Shown here in pieces: positions 47,519 to 58,019 of a stretch of 64,000 bases of DNA. A program made the position numbers and the translations under genes. A model generated the notes under the pieces. That model ran no database searches. It was not told where the DNA came from and worked only from the letters and a program-made list of their open reading frames with translations. Origin of the DNA: Flavobacteriales bacterium (lineage in GTDB: Bacteria > Bacteroidota > Bacteroidia > JACJYZ01); NCBI GenBank assembly GCA_020635855.1, contig JACJYZ010000004.1, positions 361,628 to 425,627 on the forward strand, written 5' to 3'. Every line of letters begins with the position of its first letter. Positions within the stretch are counted from its first letter, which is position 1.

Positions 47519-50299
47519 TCAATGGGCTTCCAACCAGTTGCGACCTTCGCCCATTTCAACCACCACCGGTATGTTCATCGGCAGTGCATTTTGCATCCTA
47601 CTACGAACAATTTCTCTCAAGGATTCAATTTCCTCCAAATTGGCATCAAAAATCAATTCATCATGAACCTGCAGGATCATTTTACTCCGAAGGTTCTTCT
47701 GTTGGAGATCATGATGGATGGCGATCATGGCCACCTTGATCATATCCGCAGCAGAACCCTGAACAGGTGCATTGATCGCATTTCGTTCCGCGAACCCCCT
47801 GACCACGGCATTGCCTGAAAGGATGTCTTTCAGGTAGCGTCGCCTTCCCAGCATCGTTTGTACGTATCCGTTTTTTCTTGCAAACTCGATGGTATCATCC
47901 ATGTAGCTCTTGATGCGCGGATATTTGGCAAAGTACTGTTCGATGATGGCAGCCGCTTCCTTGCGCGGTATGTTCAGCCGCTGGGCCAACCCAAAAGCTG
48001 ATATACCATAAATGATACCAAAGTTGACCATCTTCGCCTTCCTTCTCATTTCAGAGGTCACCTCTTCCTGTGTTACTTCGAACACCCTGGCTGCCGTTGC
48101 CGCGTGAATATCCCGGCCTTCCCTGAAAGCCTCGGTCATGGCTTCATCTCCGCTGAGTTCGGCGAAAATCCGAAGCTCAATTTGGGAATAGTCAGCTGAC
48201 AGCAGGCAGAAATTCTCATCACGTGCCACAAACGCTTTCCTGATTTCCCTGCCGCGTTCCGTCCTAATCGGTATGTTCTGAAGGTTGGGATTATCTGAGC
48301 TGAGCCTGCCGGTTGCTGCCACCACCTGGTTAAAAGAAGTATGAATCCTGCCTGTCCTGGGATGAATCATGGAAGGGAGCGGATCCACATATGTGTTCTT
48401 CAGTTTTTGCAGTTCGCGGTAGGTGAGGATCTGCTCTACGACCGGGTTTTCCGATGCGAGCTTGGCCAGCACTTCTTCATTGGTGGAGTATTGGCCGCTT
48501 TTGGTTTTCTTCGGTTTGGGGGTGATGCCCATCCTATCGAACAACACTTCTCCTACCTGTTTGGGTGAAGATATGTTAAAAGATCCGCCGGCGGTTTCAT
48601 ATATCTTGTCCTGCATGTTCAGGATGTCCTCTTTCAATTCCTTCCCCAGGTTCACCAGAACTTCGGGATCCACGCGGATGCCTTCCGATTCCATGGATGC
48701 CAATACAGGTACAAGCGGCGTTTCCACTTCCCAGAAGAGTTTCTCGGTGCCTTCGTCTTTCAGCATGGGTTCGAACTTGCCGCGCAACTGAAGGGTGATG
48801 TCTGCGTCTTCGCATGCGTAATCAGATACCAATGCCGGTTCCACATCCTGCATATTTTTTTGATGCTTACCCTTTTCTCCGATCAGCGTGGTGATGGAAA
48901 TGGGCCTGTACTGCAGGTAGGTCTCCGAGAGGAAATCCATGTTATGTCGTTGATCCGGCTGAATCAGGTAGTGGGCGATCATGGTATCGAACAGGGGCCC
49001 TCGTACGGTAATGCCATATCCCCTGAGGATGGAAATGTCATACTTGAGGTTCTGCCCGGTTTTGCCGATTGCGTTGTTTTCAAGCACCTCTTTGAATACA
49101 TTCACCCGTTGTTCTGCAGCTGCTCTGTCTGCCTGAACCGGCACATAATATGCCTCTCCCGGTTTCCATGAAAACGACATCCCTACCAGTTGTGCGGTCA
49201 ATGTATCCAGGCCTGTGGTTTCGGTATCGAAACAGAAAGTTGGCAGCACAGATAATTCCTTTGCGAGATTGGATATCGCCTCTTCGCTTTCCACCAAGGT
49301 ATACCTGTGCGATTCGGTATCAATGGTTTTCAGCTGCACCAGTGCCGCGGGTTCGGGTTCTCCTTCCGCATCGAAAAGTCCGGGTTGATGGGACTGGGAC
49401 TCCGGTGCTTTACCGGCCGTCACCTGCAATTCTTTTCCGAACACCCGTTTGGCCAGGTTTCGGAACTCAAGTTCGGCAAACACCTGGGTGAGCTGTTCTT
49501 CATCAGGAGCCTCCAGTTGTAAATCTTCCGGATCAAATGGAACAGGAACATCGGTGATGATGGTGGCGAGTTTTTTTGACATCAATGCCTGATCTGCGTG
49601 TGTCTCCACCCGTTCCTTGAGTTTGCCTTTCAACTCACCCGCATGGCTGATGAGGTTCTCGATGCTGTCGTATTTACCGATCAGGTCTTTTGCGGTTTTC
49701 TCGCCCACTCCGGGAATACCGGGAATATTGTCCACCTGATCTCCCCACAAACCCAGGATGTCAATTACCTGAAGAGGTTCTTTCACGCCGAAGTTCTTCA
49801 ACACTTCCGGTATCCCCCATATCTCCGCACCATTGCCGAAGCGAGCCGGTTTATAGATATGTATTTTGTCGGTTACCAGCTGTGCGAAATCCTTATCGGG
49901 TGTAACCATATACACATCGAAGCCTTCCTTTTCTGCCCTGCGTGCCAGGGTACCGATGATGTCATCCGCTTCGTAGCCGTCTGCTTTCAGTACCGGAATG
50001 CGAAATCCTTCCGCGATCTTTTCGATCCAGGGAAGCGCATTGCCGATGTCTTCGGGCATGGCCTCCCGGTTGGCCTTATAGGCGGTAAAATCCTCATGCC
50101 TTGTGGTAGGTGCGGCCGTATCAAAAGCAATGGCGATGTGGGTGGGTTTTTCTTTCTGAAGAAGGTCCAGCAATGTGGTGGTAAACCCGAATGAAGCGGA
50201 GGTGTTCATGCCCCTTGAATTCACCCTGGGGTTCTTACTAAAAGCAAAGTAGGCCCTGTAGATCAGGGCCATCGCGTCCAACAGGAAAAGTTTTTTCAT
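47519..50299 (-). CDS. polA: DNA polymerase I
   Basis: 926 aa. N-terminal 5'-3' exonuclease (LLDAMALIYRAYFA), a 3'-5' exonuclease region, and polymerase motifs (DYSQIELRI, QVHDELIFD). Confidence 0.97.
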   Translation of the reverse strand: MKKLFLLDAMALIYRAYFAFSKNPRVNSRGMNTSASFGFTTTLLDLLQKEKPTHIAIAFDTAAPTTRHEDFTAYKANREAMPEDIGNALPWIEKIAEGFRIPVLKADGYEADDIIGTLARRAEKEGFDVYMVTPDKDFAQLVTDKIHIYKPARFGNGAEIWGIPEVLKNFGVKEPLQVIDILGLWGDQVDNIPGIPGVGEKTAKDLIGKYDSIENLISHAGELKGKLKERVETHADQALMSKKLATIITDVPVPFDPEDLQLEAPDEEQLTQVFAELEFRNLAKRVFGKELQVTAGKAPESQSHQPGLFDAEGEPEPAALVQLKTIDTESHRYTLVESEEAISNLAKELSVLPTFCFDTETTGLDTLTAQLVGMSFSWKPGEAYYVPVQADRAAAEQRVNVFKEVLENNAIGKTGQNLKYDISILRGYGITVRGPLFDTMIAHYLIQPDQRHNMDFLSETYLQYRPISITTLIGEKGKHQKNMQDVEPALVSDYACEDADITLQLRGKFEPMLKDEGTEKLFWEVETPLVPVLASMESEGIRVDPEVLVNLGKELKEDILNMQDKIYETAGGSFNISSPKQVGEVLFDRMGITPKPKKTKSGQYSTNEEVLAKLASENPVVEQILTYRELQKLKNTYVDPLPSMIHPRTGRIHTSFNQVVAATGRLSSDNPNLQNIPIRTERGREIRKAFVARDENFCLLSADYSQIELRIFAELSGDEAMTEAFREGRDIHAATAARVFEVTQEEVTSEMRRKAKMVNFGIIYGISAFGLAQRLNIPRKEAAAIIEQYFAKYPRIKSYMDDTIEFARKNGYVQTMLGRRRYLKDILSGNAVVRGFAERNAINAPVQGSAADMIKVAMIAIHHDLQQKNLRSKMILQVHDELIFDANLEEIESLREIVRSRMQNALPMNIPVVVEMGEGRNWLEAH

Positions 50300-50306
50300 G
50301 TGTGTA

Positions 50307-51326
50307 TTATTGTTCCCGGTAGATCACTTCCAGGAGGGTTTGTCCGACCGATCTCAAGGTGGCCTTATCTATGCCGCTCAAGTCATCTGCATGTGTGTGC
50401 CAGTTAGGGCCGAAATAGTGACCGGTTTGCGGATCGTATTCGATGATGTCAATGGTGGGAATTCCGCCCCACTCGTTCAAAAATGTATGGTCGTCTGTTA
50501 CGGCGGGTGCGTTCTGGAAAAGGAAGCGATCGGAAAACCCGGCTTTCGATGCGGTCTGCCATACTTTGTTCACCACTGATTCGGCGTAGTACATGGATAC
50601 GCCTTCACGGGCAAAACGTGCATCCTTTCCGCCAACCAGGTTCACCACAATGCCATACCGATGGGATGCGCCGATGGGATACTTGTTTCTGGACCAGTAC
50701 TGCGCACCGAGGCAATAGAATTCGGAGGCCTGTTCAGGATTCTCCGGATCCGTTTGTCCCTGATCCTGTAAATCCAGGAAAAGGAGATCCACGCCTACGG
50801 GTGGCATCTGCGTTTGCATGGCTCGGGCCAGCTCGAGTAATATCGCCGTTCCGCTTCCGCCGTCATTGGCACCCGGAATGGGCTGATCCCGGAGTGTGCT
50901 GTCTCTTTCTTCATCGGCCCATGCGCGGGTATCCCAGTGAGCAACGATAAGAATCCGTTGGTGAAGATCCGGAGCAACAGATGCGATGATGTTGGTCAGT
51001 GGAAGTGAATCGCCCTTGAAGCCCGGCATTTTTGCACGCTGCACCTCCACATCACAGCCCAACCTGGCCAGTGTGGTTTCCAGGAAGTGCGCGCAAGAAT
51101 CATGTGATGTTGAATTCGGGACACGGGGGCCGAAAGCTACCTGCCGTGCCACCCAGTCATACGCCGAATCTGCATTGAAGACAGGAACGGTTACCTGGTT
51201 CCATGCCGCATCCGCTTCTGCTTTCTGATCCTTATCCGATTCCTTCTGCCCGCCACATCCGCATGCAATGACCAATGAGGTCAACATGCAACCCGTGAGG
51301 AATGGCTTCAGGATTCCTGGCTCCAT
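50307..51326 (-). CDS. M28-family zinc peptidase fold lipoprotein, glutaminyl-peptide cyclotransferase-like
   Basis: Lipobox ...LVIAC|[30 protein letters not shown] and the following M28 metal-ligand pattern (HWDT, DGGSG, E..., H) resemble Bacteroidota glutaminyl cyclases as I remember them. The cyclase assignment versus a generic M28 peptidase is unverified. Confidence 0.6.
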   Translation of the reverse strand: MEPGILKPFLTGCMLTSLVIACGCGGQKESDKDQKAEADAAWNQVTVPVFNADSAYDWVARQVAFGPRVPNSTSHDSCAHFLETTLARLGCDVEVQRAKMPGFKGDSLPLTNIIASVAPDLHQRILIVAHWDTRAWADEERDSTLRDQPIPGANDGGSGTAILLELARAMQTQMPPVGVDLLFLDLQDQGQTDPENPEQASEFYCLGAQYWSRNKYPIGASHRYGIVVNLVGGKDARFAREGVSMYYAESVVNKVWQTASKAGFSDRFLFQNAPAVTDDHTFLNEWGGIPTIDIIEYDPQTGHYFGPNWHTHADDLSGIDKATLRSVGQTLLEVIYREQ

Positions 51327-52777
51327 GTTGAACCTTCTTTGCTGTCTTTGATGATGATGTGCAAGTCAGACAACCGGTCGCGAATCCGGTCGGAAGTAGC
51401 GAAGTCTTTTTCATCCCTTGCACTTTTCCTCAGGTCGAGAATGAGGTGCATCAGGCCATCGACGACTTGCTGGTTGGCACCACTGCCTTCGGGAACCAAT
51501 CCGAGTACATCAAAGGCGGCCTCATGCATGAGTGCCTTCAGCGCGTCCTTATCTTCGGCCGAGATCTTCATTTTTCCATCTGCGGTTGAGTTGATGATCC
51601 TGACTGCCTCGAACAAAACCGAAATAGCCACAGGGCTGTTGAAGTCATCATGCAACGCAGCAAAACATTTATCCCTGAGGTCTTTTACATCAACTTCGGA
51701 TGCATCCGACACAGGCAGATCAGGGATCTTCCGGATCGCTTCCATCAATTTTCGCAAACCTTTTTCCGCAGCCTGCAGGGCTTCATTGGAAAAGTCCAGT
51801 GTACTGCGGTAATGTGCCTGGAGGATAAAGAACCGGATGGTCATCGGGGCATAGGGCTGTTCCAGCATGGGATGTTCTCCTGTGAAGAAGGCTTCCATGG
51901 TGATGAAGTTCCCGAGGGATTTTCCCATTTTCTGTCCACCGATGGTGATCAGGTTGTTGTGCAGCCAGTACTTGGCCGGAGTAACGCCGTAGCAAGCGGT
52001 TGACTGTGCAATCTCATTCTCATGGTGGGGGTAGAGCAGGTCCATACCGCCACCGTGTATATCGAAATGTTCTCCAAGATATTTGGCGCTCATTGAGGAG
52101 CACTCTAGGTGCCATCCGGGGAAACCGTCACTCCAGGGTGAAGGCCATCGCATGATGTGTTCGGGTTTGGCTTTGATCCACAGGGCGAAATCTCCCGGGA
52201 ATTTTTTTTCCTGCTGACCCTGGAGATCACGTGTATTGGCAAGCAGGTCTTCCAGCACCCGGCCGGAGAGTCCGCCATAGTTACCCGACGCCGCATATTT
52301 GCGCACATCGAAGTAGACGGATCCGTTCACTTCGTAAGCCAACCCTTTTTTCAGGATGGTCTGTACCATTTCGATCTGTTCAATGATATGACCGGATGCA
52401 TGCGGCTCAATGCTGGGTGGCAGCGTGTTCATTGCCGCCATGATCTGATGGTACCGGTTGGTATAGTATTGAACAACTTCCATCGGTTCCACCTGTTCGG
52501 TGCGTGCTTTCTTCCCTATCTTGTCTTCACCTTCATCCGCATCATTCTCGAGGTGCCCTACATCCGTGATGTTCCGCACATAACGAACCTTGTAGCCTGC
52601 ATGACGCAACACGCGGAAGACCAAATCAAATGCAACGGCCGAACGTGCGTGTCCGAGGTGGGCATCTCCGTACACAGTGGGGCCGCACACGTACATGCCT
52701 ACGTGCGGAGGTGTGAGTGGTTCAAAAACTTCGCGGCTTCTGCTGATCGTGTTGTAAACAAATAATTCCCCTGACAT
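51308..52777 (-). CDS. cysS: Cysteine--tRNA ligase
   Basis: The HIGH motif is present ([10 protein letters not shown]), with KMGKSLGN in the KMSKS position. I set the start at ATG 52777 ([13 protein letters not shown]); the track TTG at 52786 adds 3 residues. The 3' end overlaps the next gene by 19 nt. Confidence 0.95.
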   Translation of the reverse strand: MSGELFVYNTISRSREVFEPLTPPHVGMYVCGPTVYGDAHLGHARSAVAFDLVFRVLRHAGYKVRYVRNITDVGHLENDADEGEDKIGKKARTEQVEPMEVVQYYTNRYHQIMAAMNTLPPSIEPHASGHIIEQIEMVQTILKKGLAYEVNGSVYFDVRKYAASGNYGGLSGRVLEDLLANTRDLQGQQEKKFPGDFALWIKAKPEHIMRWPSPWSDGFPGWHLECSSMSAKYLGEHFDIHGGGMDLLYPHHENEIAQSTACYGVTPAKYWLHNNLITIGGQKMGKSLGNFITMEAFFTGEHPMLEQPYAPMTIRFFILQAHYRSTLDFSNEALQAAEKGLRKLMEAIRKIPDLPVSDASEVDVKDLRDKCFAALHDDFNSPVAISVLFEAVRIINSTADGKMKISAEDKDALKALMHEAAFDVLGLVPEGSGANQQVVDGLMHLILDLRKSARDEKDFATSDRIRDRLSDLHIIIKDSKEGSTWSQES

Positions 52778-52901
52778 GGTAAGCAAATTAAAATACAGAG
52801 ATGATGGTAAAAGCCAGCCGGAATAAAACCGCCAACACTTTCACATCCAAAGGAAACAAGAAAATTCGGGATTCGAAAAAATAAACGCAGCCGGAATCAG
52901 G

Positions 52902-53789
52902 CTATTCAACAATTTCTTCCTGGATCAGGATGCCGTTCTTGAAAACAGCGATTCGCTCCAGTTTGTGGCGTTTTCCGTACTGATAGATCTTACCGTTGAT
53001 GAGGCGTCCACCTTCAAAATAACCTTCCTTCCAGATCTGTTTGCGTTTGTTGTAGAGCTTGTGATTTCCGGTACCGGTAAACACGCCCAGGTCATCTCCT
53101 TTTACAACCAACGGAATTTCATTCAGGTGTTCGCTGGATTTATCGATGGCAACCTCCTCCTCTTTCTTTTCCGGTACTTTCTTCTCAAACACCTTTGTTT
53201 TATCGGGGTTGATCTTGCCACCCGAATAATCTTTGATCGATTTGAGGGTGCCATCCGCATAGTATTCTCTTTGTTCGCCGTCTTCCTTGCCACCGTTCCA
53301 ATTGCCTTCGATCATGACCTTACCGTTGGGGTGGTAATACACCTGTTTTCCCTGGCGGCGTCCGTTTTCATAATTCCATTCGTAAGCCAGGTTGCCGTTT
53401 TCGTGGTAGTACTTGTAGGCACCGTCCCATTTCTGATTTTTCCAGAATCCTTCTTCGGAAATTTTACCTGTTTTGTAGTAGAATTTGGCGTACCCCAGTG
53501 GCTTGTCGTCCACGTAGGTGATCTCATTCTTCAGGTTTCCCTCACAATAGTATTGTTTCCAGATGCCCTCTTTCAGGTTGTCTTTGTATTCACCTTCTTC
53601 TACTTTGGTTTCATCTGCACATTTCCATTCCGGATGATCTTTGCCATAGAAAACCCAATGTCCCTGTTTCAGGTTGCCGGCATCAGTCATGTTCACGGTG
53701 TCCCCGACAGCCGCATTCTGAGCCGCGGAGGTACCGAAAATGCTAGATGTGAAAAATCCCAACAGAACGATAAAGAATCCCCTTTTCAT
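52902..53789 (-). CDS. Secreted MORN-repeat (YwqK-like) protein
   Basis: Start at ATG 53789, with signal peptide ...GTSAA|QNAA. Contains multiple G.W..YY..G......Y..G...G repeats. Confidence 0.7.
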   Translation of the reverse strand: MKRGFFIVLLGFFTSSIFGTSAAQNAAVGDTVNMTDAGNLKQGHWVFYGKDHPEWKCADETKVEEGEYKDNLKEGIWKQYYCEGNLKNEITYVDDKPLGYAKFYYKTGKISEEGFWKNQKWDGAYKYYHENGNLAYEWNYENGRRQGKQVYYHPNGKVMIEGNWNGGKEDGEQREYYADGTLKSIKDYSGGKINPDKTKVFEKKVPEKKEEEVAIDKSSEHLNEIPLVVKGDDLGVFTGTGNHKLYNKRKQIWKEGYFEGGRLINGKIYQYGKRHKLERIAVFKNGILIQEEIVE

Positions 53790-53973
53790 GTTTCTTGACT
53801 TCTGGATCAAGTTCGGACTTTAGCAAGTTGCGTTTTTTTTATGTCGAAACGCCACCAAACGGTATACGGAGGTTACGGTGCGAAGTTATTTACTTTAGAT
53901 CAAATACATGACCTACCCGACAAATATGCTAAAATTTGCAATAGGTGCTTTCCCGAGGGGGTGAATTAACAAT

Positions 53974-54927
53974 TTATTTCTGATGGGCAGCCAGCACCAT
54001 CGGGAGATGGGTAAGCATGTCATCCACCATTTCGTTCAGTCCATACCCGGGGGTCCAGTTCCAATCATTCCTCGCGACAGTGTCATCAATGGAGGCAGGC
54101 CATCCGTCAGCGATGGCCTGGCGATGATCCGGTGCATAGGTGCAAACAAACTCGGGGATTCGCTTTTGAATGCCTGCCGCCAGTTCACCCGGGGTAAAGC
54201 TCATGGCCGTTACATTGTAGGAAGACCAGATGGAAATTTTATCGGCCGGCGCATCCATCAGGGAAAGGGTGGCATGCACCGCATCCGGCATGTACATCAT
54301 GGGAAGCATGCTGCCTTCTTTCAAAAAAGACGCATAGGAATGACTCTTTAAAGCGCCGTGAAAAATGTGAACGGCATAATCCGTTGTACCACCACCCGGC
54401 ATCGTTTTGTACCCGATCAATCCCGGGTATCGTATGCCCCGCACATCTACCCCGAACTTGTTGTGGTAGTATTCACACCATCTTTCTCCGGCCAGTTTAC
54501 CAACACCGTATATGGTGTTCGGTTCGGTAATGGCATGCTGGGGCACCTGTTGTTTGGGTGTGGTTGGACCGAACACGGCAATGGAACTGGGCCAGAAGAC
54601 CTTTTTGATCCGCCCTTCCTTTGCCAGGTCAAGTACGTTGAACAATCCTTCCATGTTCAACCGCCATGCAAAAGCCGGATTTTTTTCCGCTACAGCCGAT
54701 AGCAAAGCCGCCAACAAATAGATCTGGGTGATCCCGTGTTTCTGAACAACTTCCAGCAAACGATCTTTATCCAATACATCCAGATGTTCAAACAACATCT
54801 CCTGCCCGGTCCCGGGATCCTTGATATCTGAACACACCACCCGGTCTTCACCGAACCTGGCCCTCAAACCTTCCGCCAACTCTTCACCCAGTTGTCCGGA
54901 AGAACCTATAATCAAAACTTTTTCCAT
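53974..54927 (-). CDS. NAD-dependent epimerase/dehydratase-fold enzyme, L-threonine 3-dehydrogenase-like
   Basis: MEKVLIIGSSGQLG Rossmann motif at ATG 54927. YLLAALLSAVAEKNPAFAWRLNMEGLFNVL and YGVGK (YxxxK) match the UDP-galactose-4-epimerase-like TDH group. Confidence 0.75.
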   Translation of the reverse strand: MEKVLIIGSSGQLGEELAEGLRARFGEDRVVCSDIKDPGTGQEMLFEHLDVLDKDRLLEVVQKHGITQIYLLAALLSAVAEKNPAFAWRLNMEGLFNVLDLAKEGRIKKVFWPSSIAVFGPTTPKQQVPQHAITEPNTIYGVGKLAGERWCEYYHNKFGVDVRGIRYPGLIGYKTMPGGGTTDYAVHIFHGALKSHSYASFLKEGSMLPMMYMPDAVHATLSLMDAPADKISIWSSYNVTAMSFTPGELAAGIQKRIPEFVCTYAPDHRQAIADGWPASIDDTVARNDWNWTPGYGLNEMVDDMLTHLPMVLAAHQK

Positions 54928-54947
54928 GTTACACGACACTTTGAGGG

Positions 54948-54955
54948 CAAATGTA
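54948..54955 (-). promoter_or_regulatory. Candidate -7 box (TACATTTG on the minus strand)
   Basis: The plus strand reads CAAATGTA, the reverse complement of an exact TAnnTTTG. 20 nt separate it from ATG 54927. Confidence 0.4.
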
Positions 54956-55029
54956 GAATTTTAGGCATAAGGTGTAAATACGAATTCCGTTATCTTTACG
55001 AAGTTCAAAATACCCAGACTTCCTAAGAC

Positions 55030-55545
55030 ATGAAGCCAAAGACACCGAAAGATTCTCTTGCCATCCTCACGGAGATCGTGCTTCCGAATGAAACCAACGC
55101 CCTTGATAACCTGATGGGCGGACAGTTGCTTCACTGGATGGATATTGCCGCCGCCATTGCTGCCCACCGTCACAGCGGAAGGGTTGTGGTTACCGCGTCC
55201 GTTAACCATGTATCGTTTACCAATCCTATCCGGAAAGGAGAGATCGTTACACTGGAAGCGAAAGTTTCGCGCGCATTCACATCTTCCATGGAAGTGTTCA
55301 TTGATGTGTGGGTAGAAGGTCAGCGCGGAGAAAAGGAAAAGACCAACGAAGCCATATATACTTTTGTCGCAGTCGATCAACGGGGAAACCCGATCGAGGT
55401 ACCACCCATCGAGCCTGAAACGGAACTGGAAAAAACACGCTTCGCTGGTGCACTGAGAAGGCGTCAGCTGAGCCTGATTCTGGGAGGTAAGATGAAACCT
55501 GATGATGCCACGGAACTGAAGGCGCTTTTTACCAATACTGATTAA
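55030..55545 (+). CDS. Acyl-CoA thioesterase (hotdog fold, YciA/Acot-like)
   Basis: 171 aa. EIVLPNETNALDNLMGGQLLHWMDIAAAIAA...VVTASVNHVSFTNPIRKGE is typical of this family. Confidence 0.85.
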   Translation: MKPKTPKDSLAILTEIVLPNETNALDNLMGGQLLHWMDIAAAIAAHRHSGRVVVTASVNHVSFTNPIRKGEIVTLEAKVSRAFTSSMEVFIDVWVEGQRGEKEKTNEAIYTFVAVDQRGNPIEVPPIEPETELEKTRFAGALRRRQLSLILGGKMKPDDATELKALFTNTD

Positions 55546-55550
55546 TGAAG

Positions 55551-56552
55551 CTACCGGGAGCGGGACTCCCAGGTGTCGCGTACAAAGTCAACAACCGGCT
55601 CAAATTGCTGGTCGTTCATGCAACGGAAGTGCTTCTTCGGGCAGCTGTCAAAACCGATCTTGCTGCAGGGCCGGCATGACAGGTCTGCTACTTCGGCTGA
55701 CATCCAGCGTGCGGTGGTTTTCGATCCATAATAAGGATACATGCCAAATGCCGGCACCGTGTTGCCCCAGAAAACGACCATGTCTTTCTGAAAAGCAGCA
55801 CCGACGTGCATCATTCCGGTATCATGGGTGATCAACACCTTCGCATGTTTGACCAGGGTTGCTGACTCGGTTAATGACAGGGTTCCGCAGGTATCGTGCA
55901 CATGAGGGCCAAGCACTTTCACCATGCGTGCGCCCCTTTCTTTTTCCGCTGTACCTCCCATCAATACGATCGGGTAGGGCAACATCCGGCAAAGCTCCAC
56001 CAGTCGTTCTTCAGGTAAACATTTGGTGGCATGCTGTGCTCCGATAACCAAACCGATGTATCCGCTTTGCATGGATGGGGGTAATCGCTGAAGCACGTCG
56101 TCTGCCTTCGGTTCAAGGTATACATCCAGTCCCTTTCCATCCTTCTTCACGCCGAGCCGGGACGTTGTCATGAGGTAGCGATCCACAACATGCATATCAG
56201 GCATGAGGTTTTTCTTGAAATTAACCAGGATCCATTTCCTGACATTCATTTTAGGGAAGGTATAACTCCTGCGTTTGAGTGCCTTCTTCAACCTGGCGGA
56301 ACGCAGGCTGTGCTGCAGGTCGATGACCACATCGTAATGCTGGGCAACCAATAACACCAGGATCTCGGTGATGGATTCGTCAAAAAGGAAGAAGCGATCC
56401 ACATGCGGATTGTGAACCAACAGTTCTGAAAACTTCCGTTTGCATGCGAAGTGAATTTCAGCACCGGGTACCTGTTCCTTGACCGCACGCAGCACCGGTG
56501 TGGTGAGCACCACATCTCCGATGGAGCTGAAACGTATGACCAGTATTTTCAT
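55551..56552 (-). CDS. Glycosyltransferase family 9 (LPS heptosyltransferase-like)
   Basis: MKILVIRFSSIGDVVLTTPV N-terminus at ATG 56552, with a C-terminal HDTGMMHVGAAF motif. Confidence 0.85.
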   Translation of the reverse strand: MKILVIRFSSIGDVVLTTPVLRAVKEQVPGAEIHFACKRKFSELLVHNPHVDRFFLFDESITEILVLLVAQHYDVVIDLQHSLRSARLKKALKRRSYTFPKMNVRKWILVNFKKNLMPDMHVVDRYLMTTSRLGVKKDGKGLDVYLEPKADDVLQRLPPSMQSGYIGLVIGAQHATKCLPEERLVELCRMLPYPIVLMGGTAEKERGARMVKVLGPHVHDTCGTLSLTESATLVKHAKVLITHDTGMMHVGAAFQKDMVVFWGNTVPAFGMYPYYGSKTTARWMSAEVADLSCRPCSKIGFDSCPKKHFRCMNDQQFEPVVDFVRDTWESRSR

Positions 56553-56633
56553 GAAATGACGGCTTGCAAGGTACAAAACAAAAAGCCCCGCGTACAGGGT
56601 ACACAGGGCATGATTATAAATGGCGGACCCGGA

Positions 56634-57041
56634 TTACTCGGCTTTCAGGTGTGTCTGTGATCCGTTGTCGTCCTTCAGCCACAACTCCTTACTTGTCAGC
56701 CTGAGGATCTCACTTGCATCGGTGGTGCTTGTTGAACCAAGGGTGGTAATTAGCTCCAGCTTTGATTTGTCATCCGACAGTTGCCAGGTAAGCGCACTTG
56801 AAGAAGTACCACCATTCACAGAAACCTGACCGTCGTCCTTCAGTTCATATTTGTTCGGGCTGGAAGGTGTGGTCTCATTTCCGTTGGCATCAATGAACGA
56901 CTCTTCTGTCCATACCCGCTGCAACCGGGCTTTTTTCGACTTGAAGCTGATCATGGGACCCTCTTCGTATTTCTTACAACCGGTCAATGCGGCACCGGCT
57001 ACAAGCAGGATCATCAAAGCAAATTTAATAGCGGTTTTCAT
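56634..57041 (-). CDS. Small lipoprotein, lipocalin-like
   Basis: Lipobox LVAGAALTGC|KK. 135 aa with a beta-rich pattern including W...L....L.L, as in lipocalin-like Bacteroidota lipoproteins. Confidence 0.6.
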   Translation of the reverse strand: MKTAIKFALMILLVAGAALTGCKKYEEGPMISFKSKKARLQRVWTEESFIDANGNETTPSSPNKYELKDDGQVSVNGGTSSSALTWQLSDDKSKLELITTLGSTSTTDASEILRLTSKELWLKDDNGSQTHLKAE

Positions 57042-57234
57042 ATGTAGAGAAATTGGTTACGGTTACAGACACCTTCGATTCCTATCCTCTGAGATTCCAA
57101 ATGCGGGCAAAACAGAGGCATTCCAAAAAATTTATTTGACGCGAAGGCAATTTACAAAAAGAACATGCACGCAATGTGCGACCTTAATTTCAAACTTTAT
57201 GCCAACGATTTTTCTGATGGCGAAATGAAAAGGC

Positions 57235-57242
57235 TATTTTTG
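57235..57242 (+). promoter_or_regulatory. Candidate -7 box (TATTTTTG) for tatD
   Basis: Exact TAnnTTTG, with 3 nt between it and ATG 57246. This supports the shorter TatD start. Confidence 0.4.
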
Positions 57243-57245
57243 CGC

Positions 57246-58019
57246 ATGCGCCTGGTAGATACGCATAGCCATTTATACTTGCCTGAATTTTCCGAAGACC
57301 GCGGTGACATGCTGAATCGCGCCTTTGAAGCCGGGGTTGAACGCATCTACTTACCCGACATCCACCAGGCCACTTCAGCCGACCTCCGAAAACTTGCCAC
57401 CGATTGGCCGGAACGTTGCTTTGCAATGACCGGATTGCATCCCTGTTATGTAAAACCGGAAACCTACAGGGAAGAACTGGCCCATGTAGAATTCAGTGCC
57501 GCAAGTGGTGGGTTCTGCGCCATTGGTGAAATCGGTATTGACCTGTACTGGGATACATCCACCCGTACCATCCAGGAAGAAGCATTTTTGCACCAGGTTC
57601 AACTTGCACAAAACCTGCATCTCCCGGTTGCAATCCATTCGAGGGAAGCAACCGATGTGATCCTGGATTTGCTGGAAGCCCATGCTGACAAACCCGTTTC
57701 GGGCATCCTGCACTGTTTCACCGGATCCATAGAACAGGCACATCGTGCGATTCGTTTGGGCCTTCACCTGGGTATCGGTGGGGTCCTTACCTATAAGAAC
57801 AGCGGGCTTGATCAGGTGGTCTCACATATCCGGCCCGAACACATCGTTCTGGAAACCGATGCACCCTACCTGGCACCGGTACCTTTCAGAGGCAAACGGA
57901 ACGAAAGCGCATACATCATTCAGATTGCCAACAAGCTTGCGGAAGTATGGGGAAAATCGCCGGAAGAGGTTGGGGAAATCACCACGCAAAACGCTTTGAG
58001 AGTCTTTCAACATGAGTAA
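57246..58019 (+). CDS. tatD: TatD-family metal-dependent hydrolase/DNase
   Basis: MRLVDTHSHLYL at ATG 57246 gives about 257 aa, the usual TatD size. Also has the IGEIGIDLYW, HSREA, HCFTG and ETDAPYL motifs. Confidence 0.9.
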   Translation: MRLVDTHSHLYLPEFSEDRGDMLNRAFEAGVERIYLPDIHQATSADLRKLATDWPERCFAMTGLHPCYVKPETYREELAHVEFSAASGGFCAIGEIGIDLYWDTSTRTIQEEAFLHQVQLAQNLHLPVAIHSREATDVILDLLEAHADKPVSGILHCFTGSIEQAHRAIRLGLHLGIGGVLTYKNSGLDQVVSHIRPEHIVLETDAPYLAPVPFRGKRNESAYIIQIANKLAEVWGKSPEEVGEITTQNALRVFQHE

